From contig NC_068995.1 in assembly GCF_001194135.2 (NCBI RefSeq), positions 11,659,469 through 11,699,335 of the forward strand: a stretch of DNA of 39,867 bases, written 5' to 3'. Origin of the DNA: Octopus bimaculoides (Eukaryota). The translations under genes were made by a program, and so were the position numbers. Position 1 is the first letter of the stretch; every line of letters begins with the position of its first letter. Positions 24,471 through 34,992 of this stretch are shown one piece after another. Under the pieces are notes generated by a model. The model saw nothing but the letters and a program-made list of their open reading frames with translations. It searched no databases and had not been told where the DNA came from.

Positions 24471-26169
24471 ATGTATGAAATGGATAGATACTTGTATCAG
24501 TGACGAGCCTGTGCACGTGTAGCTATTTGCGAGGCCGTCAGTTATACTAAGGGCGACACTCGAAGCAGGAGAAGGTTTATGATTTGCAATGAAAAGAGAA
24601 AGCCTGAAGTACAGAATTGTGCCATATTATTCCTCATGCCATCTCACTGTTTGTCTCGTGAATGGTTCAGGAATGGAAATTGTTATCTATTTCAAAATCC
24701 ATTATCAATTAGACTTGGTATACCAAATTTATAGCATGCAACAACCACAAGAACAAATATGTGTCTCATACTCTGTTGATTTCAACACATTTGGAAATGA
24801 GACTCTTTTCATGCAGGTTTTCAGTTACAATTAGTTTGTAGTCTAAACTGTTTGGTAGTTTAGAATCGAACTCTTCATTCAAGCGAGTAGAATATTTAAT
24901 GAAACATACGACTTAAAATTAATGACTTTATGCAATTAGGCGTCTTGGGCCATAAAGCGAGACGTGTCTTATGCATGGAGAAGATGTAATTACATTCTGG
25001 ATACATACGATGTCGCAAACATAAAATATAATGGCTAATATTGACTGGGTAAAAAGGTTCTGTGTTATACAAGAGAAGAGTTTAAAATTTATGATGCTTT
25101 TCCCCATACCATTACAATCGTAAATAAAGTTTATGCTTCTAATAGTATAGGGAAATGTGTAAGTATATGATATACACAAGCAAATGACTTCGATAAAGAT
25201 GCAAAGACCGTGTCGCGGATATGTCTAGCCGGAGAGTTAAATATGGCTCTCAGGAACTTGCTGTAATAAACCCCGCCCACGGAATTACTTACGCTGTTAA
25301 GTAGGCGACTGGGTCCAGAATTAAGGTAAACCTATCACATGAAACTCATAAAGCTTTTGCAATAGTTATTAATATATTAATAAAGATATATATATATATA
25401 TTACAAGGGGAAAAAAAAAGAAATATTAATATCAGAATATAACGGACATATTACGTGTACTAACGTAATGAAATATAATTAGTGGATCAACTAGTTAGAG
25501 TTAATTAGCGACGATTGAGCACATCATTCTGATAGTTAAAATATATAAACGATTCAGAACGGTGTCTGGCAATGTTCGTCTTGCTCGATAGCAACAGTAA
25601 TTTGTATTAATATGAAATAGCTATCTCTTGAGTTTTATGAACGATAGTTACTAATGGGTTACTCCCACCTGCGGTTAGAGCAAACCAGAAATGAATATTA
25701 CCTTGTTCTGTGAATGTATGGATATACGCGTGCGCACACACGGACACACAGACACGGACATATACGCGCGCGCATACATAAACGTTGGCACGTTTACTCA
25801 CATACACACAACTGTGCATAGTGTATATGTGTATATGTATGTTTATGCGTATAACAACACATAAATATGTGTCCATATTTGCATACATGTATAATTACAC
25901 TCACACATATTGACATATATGTATACGCATATACATGTATACATTACACACACACAAACACACATACATATAAGGAATGAGAGTGAGAATAAAAGAAAGG
26001 GAGATAAAAATTATTGCTTAATACACACGCACACATATAAATATATGTAAGGGTTCTATGAATATAGATATCTTTATATATGTTCATAGATACGTGTTTA
26101 CATTTATACCGTACACACATCTATAAGCAATCAATGTTATGTACGTACATGAATATATATGTACATGCA

Positions 26170-26241
<72 letters not shown>

Positions 26242-26604
26242 TGTGTACATGTGTGTGTCAGTGTGTGTCACTGTGTTTCTCCGTGTGTACGGTTGTGTGT
26301 GCACTCTCAGTGATTAAATATCTCGTTGAGATGAACTAAAACTGTACGATGTTCGTTTGTATATCTACTGCATAGCTCCACTTATTTAAACGTTCCGACA
26401 TATATTCCCTAAGGAAAGTATTGTGAAGATATTTTTCACCAGCTACCATGACAGTTATTATTCACTTTGCTACATAAACTGACCGCTTCTATCATTCTTC
26501 CGTTTCTGGTCAATTTATAACACAAGCATTGATGATGGCAACTAGGAAAATACATTCATAAGTTAAACAAGTAAATAGCCTTAATAATATTTTTACTACA
26601 ACAC

Positions 26605-26647
26605 CAGCTGAGGAGACTAATATGCTACGAAACATCTAGATGACCTG
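26605..26647 (+). ncRNA. Decayed minimal type I hammerhead-like motif
   Basis: CAG / CTGAGGA (26608-14) / weak stem II / GAAA (26629-32) / perfect palindrome CATCTAGATG / AC (TC expected) / CTG. Confidence 0.35.
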
Positions 26648-26894
26648 CAAGGTAAATTTTGTAAGTTTTTATTTATCTCTAACGCCGTATATTTAATGCT
26701 CATTCTTCTCGTATTTTTTCTGTTTAAATTCTCAATAATCGTAAATAGCATAGTACCGAATAAAAGAATACCGTCAAAAGGACCTGCAAGAATAAAGAAT
26801 TAAATATTTCGGTTAAATGACAAAAAATTGTTTAGCGCACGTTGTCGAGCGCTTGGATGATAGGCATATATGTAGTTGTCGATTTACACTATAA

Positions 26895-27238
26895 TTTATA
26901 GCTCAGTGGTTAGAGCATCGGGTTTACAATCATGAGGTAGTGAGTTCAATTCCGGGAACGGGCTGTGTGTGGTGTCATTGATCAAGGTACTTCATTTTCA
27001 TGTTGTTCCATTTCACTCAGGTGTAGGAATGTGTTGCGACGCTACTGGTGCCAAGCTGTAACAGCCTTTACCTCTCCCTTGGATAACATCAGTGGAGAGT
27101 GAAAGCTGTTATGCATGGGCGACTGCTGGTCTTTTATAAACAACTTAGCCCAGACTTGTGCCGCGGAGGGTACCATTATAAGTGCAATCCTATTGTCATT
27201 CCTGACCGAAAAGAGTCTTTACCCTTCACCCTTTTATT
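26895..27238 (+). mobile_element. tRNA-derived SINE family B
   Basis: A box TAGCTCAGTGGTTAGAGC (26899-26916) and B box GAGTTCAATTCC (26942-26953). The anticodon and acceptor stems do not pair, so this is not a tRNA gene. It continues with GTGTCATTGATCAAGGTACTT and ends in TTTACCCTTCACCCTTT. Confidence 0.8.
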
Positions 27239-28544
27239 TGTAGCATTATCTACTGTGTTTCACCGTTCCAAAACATTGTTATTTCATGTTCTCTCGAAGC
27301 TTATTTATTCTTGTGATGTCAACAACGTACATATAAAGGGAAATACAAAGATATGTATATGTATACATACTATAGGCTCTAAAGATGTATGTTGCATATA
27401 TATATATATANNNNNNNNNNNNNNNNNNNNNNNNNNNNNNNNNNNNNNNNNNNNNNNNNNNNNNNNNNNNNNNNNNNNNNNNNNNNNNNNNNNNNNNNNN
27501 NNNNNNNNNNNNNNNNNNNNNNNNNNNNNNNNNNNNNNNNNNNNNNNNNNNNNNNNNNNNNNNNNNNNNNNNNNNNNNNNNNNNNNNNNNNNNNNNNNNN
27601 NNNNNNNNNNNNNNNNNNNNNNNNNNNNNNNNNNNNNNNNNNNNNNNNNNNNNNNNNNNNNNNNNNNNNNNNNNNNNNNNNNNNNNNNNNNNNNNNNNNN
27701 NNNNNNNNNNNNNNNNNNNNNNNNNNNNNNNNNNNNNNNNNNNNNNNNNNNNNNNNNNNNNNNNNNNNNNNNNNNNNNNNNNNNNNNNNNNNNNNNNNNN
27801 NNNNNNNNNNNNNNNNNNNNNNNNNNNNNNNNNNNNNNNNNNNNNNNNNNNNNNNNNNNNNNNNNNNNNNNNNNNNNNNNNNNNNNNNNNNNNNNNNNNN
27901 NNNNNNNNNNNNNNNNNNNNNNNNNNNNNNNNNNNNNNNNNNNNNNNNNNNNNATATATACATACATCATATATATTTATTTACATATATACATATACGC
28001 ATATGTGATATACATGTACTCACGTACACATACACATATCTATATACTTATGCATATATAGATACATATATATAGCAAACAACATGTCGGCAAAGCTTGT
28101 CTGCTAGAGATGAAATTCAGTAAAAGCGAGAGTAACGAGAAGATTGTGAGCAGCTCAGTGGTAGGTAAGGTAGAAAGCTGAACGAAGTATAATCCAATCA
28201 ACCATTTGTCACCAGAAACTTGTGTGGGAGAAGTAGGAAACAGACGAGCGAATGTATGATTAAATATCATATTAAATTGAGTGTACTATTAGCTGTAAGA
28301 AAATATTAATTATGATATAAGAGACGAGGAAATGTATAACGAAGAAAAAAATACAAGCTTTTTGTCCTCCCTTCTAGTTTTTCCATCATATACACACACA
28401 CTCATTCACTCACTCACGTAAAACACATATACGCGAACATGTATATACATATACAGGCAGGAAACAGAAATGACGTCTCATGCGAGCCTCATGTGGCCTT
28501 CGGACCAGCTAGCAAGCGGAGTTGTATCTTCCTCAAATATTACG

Positions 28545-28622
28545 CACGTATTGCGGTTCGGCAATAGAGGGCTAGAGAAACAAAGAACAAGTCCTAGGGT
28601 CGATTATTCCGACTACAGGCGT
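28545..28622 (+). mobile_element. Diverged SINE family A 3' fragment
   Basis: TTGCGGTTCGGCAATAGAG...AGAACAAGTCCTAGGGTCGATTATTCCGACTACAGGCG resembles 1150-1242. Confidence 0.6.
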
Positions 28623-28665
28623 CGTGTGTATATAAATATGTGTATATATATATAAATTTCAGACA

Positions 28666-28710
28666 ACAGTCTGATGATGACTTAACTGGCCTAAACTTTG
28701 AAGTTACTGT
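28666..28710 (+). ncRNA. Decayed minimal type I hammerhead ribozyme candidate
   Basis: Stem I ACAGT/ACTGT, CTGATGA (28671-77), imperfect stem II TGAC-TTAACT-GGCC, TAAA instead of GAAA, stem III ACTTTGAAGT (one change from the palindrome ACTTCGAAGT) and a GTT triplet. Confidence 0.45.
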
Positions 28711-28820
28711 CAAAAATATTCATTTATAAGGATAATACATTTGTACTCTGCAAAAGTATAGCGTAACCCATCAGATTAATGTAAGGTTGTTTTTATTATA
28801 ACTGAACGTAAAATCAATCA

Positions 28821-28893
<73 letters not shown>

Positions 28894-29699
28894 AACAAAT
28901 GATAGAAAGAGAAAATGGAAAGTACGAGAAGTTGTATTGCTCCCCATATATGTGCGTGTGCGTGAGTATACGTTCATGCATAAGTATGATTGGGTGTATG
29001 TATGCAAGTATGTATGTATGTATGTATGTATTTATGTATGTATGTATGTATGTATGTATGTATGTATGTATCTATCTATCTATTTGTCTATCTATAATAT
29101 ATACATACTTGACCTCACATGTCGTTCGCTATGGAGAAGGTTGGATATCTTAAGCAACAAAGCAACGACAGCAATACAGCGGCAGCAAGGGATAAAAAGG
29201 AAAACAAAAAAGAAAAGAACACAAAAAAAAAAGAAAAACAAAGAAGAAAAAAAGCACATTTCGTTCTGTCATTATGGCTTCACGGTTGCTCGGAAGAGCA
29301 ACATGAAACTGATTGATGATCTGATTAAAGAAATAAACGTAAATTAAAAACTTCTTGCTGACAGGGGAAAATATCGCAAAAGGTTTCGCCCTAAACCATT
29401 TAGATAGATAACATCTAAAAACGAAATCCAAGACCAATAAAATGATCCAACAAGGCGATCTTTATCTTGATCAATCATCATGCTAGATATAGCAGCCAAA
29501 TCTCCGTCAAATTACATACCTACTGACTTGCGAAATGTCAGGACATAATGGATAATGTAGTCTTAGATGCGCACTGGGTCTACCAAACACAAAATTACAT
29601 TATCAAGAATGGAATGCATTTATCATAAGCCTGCTCAGTCAGAGCTGTTTATCTAGTGCTACAACTATATCCTGTGAGTGTATGCATGTATACATACAC

Positions 29700-29768
<69 letters not shown>

Positions 29769-29818
29769 CACACACACACAAACACACACACGCACACACA
29801 CACACACACACACATATG

Positions 29819-29871
<53 letters not shown>

Positions 29872-29873
<2 letters not shown>

Positions 29874-29955
29874 GCGTGGCTGTGCGGTAAGAAGCTTGCT
29901 TCCCAATCACATGGTTTCGGGTTCAGTCCTACTGCGTGGCACCTTGGATTAGTGT
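29872..29955 (+). mobile_element. SINE family A head, truncated
   Basis: AGGCGTGGCTGTGCGGTAAGAAGCTTGCTTCCCAATCACATGGTTTCGGGTTCAGTCCTACTGCGTGGCACCTTGG. Confidence 0.9.
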
Positions 29956-29963
29956 ATATATGA

Positions 29964-30120
29964 GACAGGTGTCTTTCAGTCTCCGGGTAGCAAATCCACT
30001 CACAAGGCTTTGGTCGGCCCGAGGCTATAGTAGAAGACACTCGCCCAAGGTGCTACACAGTGGGACTGAACCCTGAACCATGTGGTCGGGAAGCAAGCTT
30101 CTTACCACACAACCGCACCT
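29964..30120 (-). mobile_element. SINE family A head, inverted relative to 29872-29955
   Basis: The reverse complement matches 11314-11470 through CTGAAAGACACCTGTC. Confidence 0.9.
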
Positions 30121-30811
30121 CTATTTCTTTTTCCCTAAATTGCAAGTTTTGTGTTTATGTTACAAAAAAAGAAAGAAACTACTTCTATTGTGGTAAATAC
30201 GACATAAGTTTTTCTGAGTTCGTAGGTTACTGATAAGGCCCTTTACAATATTCAGACGTGCGAACTCTTGTAAGCCAATTTAAATCTTTGGCGTTTATCG
30301 TTTTCTGGAAATCCATTATTTATAGTACAAGATGAAGAGCTTCTTCAGAATCGTTTTGTTGCTTAGATAATATCTGGTTTGGTTGGCATATGAGCTATCA
30401 GTGCATATATCTACTTCGAACATAGTGTTAACCAATCTGGATGTTATTTTCACTTCCATATTTTCTATTCAATCGTATATTTTTTTTAGAATTGAAAGAG
30501 ACAAAAATTCGTTTTTTTTTCTTCCGTATTTCCCCCCGGTTTCTTTTTCTCGTCCAAACTAAAAATAAAATAGCATTTCAAGGTTGGGAAAGAAATATTT
30601 TTCGAACTCGGAAACGAAAAACAGGAATGTGGGAAATCGAATTGTAAACAAAGTTGAAAATGTTATAGAATTAAAATTTGAAGTCCGATTGAACAAAAAG
30701 AAAAAAAAACAGAAGTAAAAAGTCAACAAGAAAACCAAAAACACAAACAAAAATCTTGAATTCAACTTCAAGTCGATAAATACAATTAATTATTTGTTTA
30801 CTCTTATCTAA

Positions 30812-30832
30812 ATTATTATTATTATTATTATT

Positions 30833-30883
<51 letters not shown>
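30812..30883. repeat. (ATT)8 directly followed by (AAT)16, giving a perfect 48-bp palindrome at 30812-30859
   Basis: Direct reading. The reverse complement of ATT is AAT and there is no spacer. Confidence 0.95.
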
Positions 30884-30887
<4 letters not shown>

Positions 30888-31455
30888 GTAGCAAAGAAGA
30901 AGAACAACAACAATGATAATAATGTAAAGTTAATAATAAAAATTTCAGTGTGTGGACTGTGGCTGAAACAAATCCTGTGACGCAATCCTTTTTAATGATG
31001 TGACAGTAGAAATAATAAATAGAAAAAAAAAGAATTTTTTCAAAAATTTAATCTTCTTAATCTCTCATATTCTTCCAAGGTGATATTTGCAATGAACAAA
31101 TTAAAAACAATCTGGAATGATTGGTTTTTTTTTTCTTCTTTTTAAATGTTTTCTCGAGAGGTTTGGGTAATATCAGTTTTGTGGAATCTGTAAAGAAAAC
31201 AAAAACTTAGTCCAAATCCATAAACGTCAAAATGAACTTCGGTTTGATACTTTTCGAGTTATAACACAACAGAAGATTGTACAAGCGGAGGGAGAACTTA
31301 CAACACATTATTGTGAAATATTAGAAGCGAAGTTTGGCAGGTTTATAGTGACCCAGTGACATACATTGCTTTCGATGTAAAACACTTCCCCCAGAACTAT
31401 GTAATAAAATATTAGATAACATTTTCCATGCTTTGTCGTTGTCACCTTAACAATT

Positions 31456-31536
31456 ATAATAATAATAATAATAATAATAATATTAATAATAATAATAATG
31501 ATGATGATGATGATGATGATGATGATAATGATGATG
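31456..31536. repeat. (AAT)n to (GAT)n compound trinucleotide microsatellite
   Basis: Direct reading of the sequence. Confidence 0.95.
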
Positions 31537-31778
31537 TTGCCAGAACGTACATCAATTTGATGACACCGTGGTGAACATCATTAAAACAAACAATGAAGAA
31601 GTGACAGACAGTTTTTACAGTTAGAAACAACAGTGTATGTCTATAAGCTCCAGTCACGCGGGAATATCCTTACTCCTGGCTCTCATTTCATCTGATGCTT
31701 CTTACTTTCAAACAAACTGATGAAAAAATAAATACAATTCAGGATACGACGCGGAGAGAGAAACACAAAGAGAGAGAG

Positions 31779-31821
<43 letters not shown>

Positions 31822-31952
31822 AAGTGAAAAAGTGAGAGAGAATGAGAGAGAGCGTGAGAAAGAGTGGGACAGAGACAGACAGATGCATAGAGGGACAGAG
31901 GGAACGTCAGAGACAGTGAGAACGACAGACGAGGACGGATAAGAGAGCGTGC

Positions 31953-32130
31953 ATCCACCATCTTCGTTTCATGGATGACGTAAAATTGTATTCTGCAAAC
32001 GTTCGCCAGGCTTAACCGTCTCCACAGTGTTGTCAAGTAGTTTAATAAACACATTAAGATGTCCTTTTGACTGGAGAAACTCAAGAAGGTGACAATAAAA
32101 CAAGGCAGACTGACTGGTCGAGCAGATGAT
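31953..32130 (+). mobile_element. RLE-type (R4/Dong-like) LINE reverse-transcriptase fragment
   Basis: IHHLRFMDDVKLYSAN (FMDD at 31968-31979), then after a frameshift LNRLHSVVK*FNKHIKMSF*LEKLKKVTIKQGRL. Confidence 0.8.
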
Positions 32131-32163
32131 TCGAAATATAACGGAGAGGAATACATAATAATG

Positions 32164-32205
<42 letters not shown>

Positions 32206-32206
32206 T

Positions 32207-32350
32207 ATTCTATTGGTACAAGGCCTGAAATTTTAGGGAACGGGGCTAGCGGATTACATCGACTCCAGTACTCAGCGGGTATTTATTCTATTGATCCCGG
32301 AAGGATTTGAAAGTCGACATGTGAACTCATAACGTAATGCAGGAAGAAAT
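32207..32350 (-). mobile_element. SINE family D, diverged copy
   Basis: TTCTATTGGTACAAGGCCTGAAATTTTAGGG...GATTACATCGACTCCAGTACTCAGCGGGTATTTATTCTATTGATCCCGGAAGGAT aligns with 36355-36460. Confidence 0.75.
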
Positions 32351-32594
32351 ATTGTCATNNNNNNNNNNNNNNNNNNNNNNNNNNNNNNNNNNNNNNNNNN
32401 NNNNNNNNNNNNNNNNNNNNNNNNNNNNNNNNNNNNNNNNNNNNNNNNNNNNNNNNNNATAATAATAATAATAATAATAATAATACAAGTTACTGGACAA
32501 TTCAGACTTTTCAAATACTTGGACAAAGATAATTGTAGAACAGTGTGTGCGTATATGTGTGCAGGCATGTGTGTGTGTGTGTGTGTGTGTGTGA

Positions 32595-32706
32595 GTGAAT
32601 GTGTGTGTCACTTGTTATGTGAGTGTGTGTCTCTTTGTGTGTGTGAGTGTGTGTGTGTGTGTGAATGTGTGTGCCACTTGTTACGTGAGTGTGTGTCTCT
32701 TTGTGT

Positions 32707-32726
<20 letters not shown>
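32595..32726. repeat. Tandem duplication of a 66-bp GT-rich unit
   Basis: Units 32595-32660 and 32661-32726 differ at only 2 positions (both T/C). Confidence 0.9.
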
Positions 32727-32739
<13 letters not shown>

Positions 32740-33251
32740 TCTGCCGAAGTTCTCTGAGAAAGAATGAAAAATGAATATTTTTGACAGAATCGAAATAAAT
32801 GTTAAAGATTCACCTCAATGCCAAGTCTCCTGTCTGTACTGTCAACACATTTGCCGTACCAGACATATGTCCCTGTACTGATAGATTGGTGTGTGACACC
32901 TAAATTCGTTAGACTGTAATATGTCAAAGCAACTAAACGACGTGCAAAACAAGAAGTCTGACATGCATTGACTACAGAAACCTATAAGTGATAGTAGAGC
33001 AATATAAGAAGGCAGTTACCGATGTTCCTCATTGCTTTTCCAATTAACAATAAGGCCTGCTACGAGTTCCTTTTGACCATGATTAACCAATTTATAGTAA
33101 GCCCGCCATAGCTGCATCGATGAAATTCCCAGAAAAAAAATTCAATGTATTTTGGTTAACTAATATATAAACGTAAAGAAAACCCTCTCACACCTCGTTT
33201 CTTGGAGTATAGGCGCATGTTCGGATTCGACTCGTTCACATGTACTGCAAA

Positions 33252-33432
33252 CGCTAATCTCACCTGACATTCAAGGAATTTACTAACAGCCAGAACCTCG
33301 CTCTCTACTACCCTTACCTTCCTCTTCAACCTCACCTTCCTCTCCACCTGCACCTTTCTCTCTCTCTAAGTGATACTTCAATATGTTGATAAGGCCTTTG
33401 CTGAAAAGAAAGGCTCTGGTTTCAGTCCTTTT
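33252..33432 (+). repeat. Left arm of a diverged inverted repeat pair
   Basis: CGCTAATCTCACCTGACATTCAAGGAATTTACTAAC...pyrimidine tract...TTTGCTGAAAAGAAAGGCTCTGGTTTCAGTCCTT matches the reverse complement of 34085-34269. Confidence 0.8.
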
Positions 33433-34084
33433 AAATAAACTCACTGCCAACTCGAACTCATTCGCAATAGCTAAGTCAAGTGGAGAAAGAATGTCTGCCT
33501 TTACGACAAAAGAAGGTACCATAGAAATCTTCACGGTGGACTTAGCTGACATATGGATACCTCCAAACCAGACCAAGAGCTCATTGATAAAATCCCACAT
33601 GTCAGTAACGCTGTACATAGACTCGATCAACCTCCTGAAGACGGAATCGACAGTGTCTGTCTTGAAGATAGCAGTCAAACAGCAACGTTCGACACTTAAA
33701 AGCTTTCCGTTGATTCGCATTTGATTTGCATCTCTATGCTTACTCGACCATACTTTCGATAACAAGCACCAACCTCTTTGACAGCAACTTAAGCAACATC
33801 ACAAAGTCTAATTTAGTAAAGGTGTGGACCAGAACTGATCAATTACCTGTCCTTTGTTTCACACCATTAACCAGTTTACAAAACTAGGAAAAAATTCGTT
33901 CTTCTACTAGCTCTGCTTTTCATACGACCAATCATCAAATCCTCAATCTACTGCTATTATAGACTTTCCGCTGCCGAGGATCGAAGTAGGCTGTCAAGGT
34001 AAGCTCTAAAGTCCGCGATGCTCTCCTTGTCTTCGCTTATTCTGGACTGCTTATCAAGCCACCGGCTTATCTATGCATGAGATT

Positions 34085-34269
34085 GGAAGGACTGGAGACA
34101 GAGCCCTTCCTTTTCAGCAAACGTTTCATTAACCCCACTTGGAGAGGAAGGTGAGAGTGAAGACAGAGGTGCGGGTGGAGACGAAGTTAAGGGTTTGAGA
34201 GGAAGTTAAGGGTGGAGAGGAACGTGAGGGTAGTTAACTAAATTCTTTGAATGTCAGGTGAAAGTAGCG
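34085..34269 (-). repeat. Right arm of a diverged inverted repeat pair
   Basis: The reverse complement reads CGCTACTTTCACCTGACATTCAAAGAATTTAGTTAAC...TTTGCTGAAAAGGAAGGGCTCTGTCTCCAGTCCTTCC. Confidence 0.8.
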
Positions 34270-34499
34270 AATATAGAGTGGCTCACAAAGAGCCGGAAGA
34301 AATAACAATAGGAATTTCGTCCGACGCTCTAATAATTCTAGGCACAAAGCCTAGACTACTTTAGAGTCTCCTTTCTTGTAGCTTTATTAGGCAACCAAAT
34401 CTTTTCCAACAAGCACAAGGTCCAGTCCTTCCTGCAGTGTGTTCGCTTTTTGATCTCAGAGCTAGGCCAGTGGAACACAACTTCCTCTTAGGGTTTAGA

Positions 34500-34745
34500 A
34501 TTCTGCATAGGTAAAACAACAGAAGGTAGACTAACATGGACCGTCTCTTCCTGGGGTTAAAATGGGTTTACATAGGGCTAACACCACTACCTAGGAAAGA
34601 GCCAAAGTTTCAGAAATGTCGATGACTGTTCTTGAGCAAAAATACCTGAGAGAGACAGTAAAGCTACCTGAGCGTCGAGGACAGTGGAGAAAAAGTCGGC
34701 GCTAGCTTATTCTCCCGAGGGAGCAAAAGGCTGAATCAAAATCAA
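34500..34745 (+). mobile_element. Short RTE-like non-autonomous element, copy 2
   Basis: 34560-34600 is shared with 24200-24240. The 3' end GCTTATTCTCCCGAGGGAGCAAAAGGC (34705-34731) is followed by a short AATCA repeat tail. Confidence 0.5.
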
Positions 34746-34874
34746 TCCATTTCCCTTCAAGACATATTCCACCTCCTCAGAAACACTTGAATATGATAGA
34801 TTAGCGTGGATGGGATTTCTTTGATCAAGGCTTTGCGTGATCGAAAATGACCTGGAGTTAAACAAATGCAATAA

Positions 34875-34884
34875 CATTATCATC

Positions 34885-34918
<34 letters not shown>

Positions 34919-34992
34919 TCATCAACATCATCCTCAACAACAACAACTACAATACAACAACAACAGTAACAACAGCAACAGCAGCAGCAGCC
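34875..34992. repeat. Compound trinucleotide run ATC-(GTC)10-ATC-(AAC)n-(AGC)n
   Basis: Direct reading of the sequence. Confidence 0.9.

Larger units (their letters stand above)
802..32458. other. 12 assembly gaps (N runs): 802-900, 2835-3583, 8071-8243, 9231-9700, 11494-11517, 13073-13082, 16959-17385, 18119-18374, 19813-19822, 22367-22636, 27411-27953, 32359-32458
   Basis: Read directly from the sequence. Total 3131 N. The long X-containing ORFs in the track are artefacts of these gaps. Confidence 0.98.

Noticed and set aside
24494-24547. Hairpin TGACGAGCCT...AGGCCGTCA
   Set aside because: A short imperfect inverted repeat with no second copy in the window and no ribozyme core.
25200-25330. 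GC box CCCCGCCC and nearby GGCCATAAA homeodomain-like site (about 24948)
   Set aside because: Short motifs expected by chance, with no independent evidence of a promoter or enhancer.
26933-26947. let-7-like TGAGGTAGT and other miRNA seed matches (miR-34-like at 13559, miR-2-like at 6172)
   Set aside because: Seed-only matches inside transposon remnants, with no mature-length match or precursor hairpin.
26895-26970. Possible tRNA gene
   Set aside because: A and B boxes are present but the anticodon and acceptor stems do not pair, and the sequence continues into a SINE body.
308-30040. Most ORFs in the track (YI, CV, TH, SL, MYVC repeats and X runs)
   Set aside because: They are translations of di- and tetranucleotide microsatellites or N gaps, not genes.
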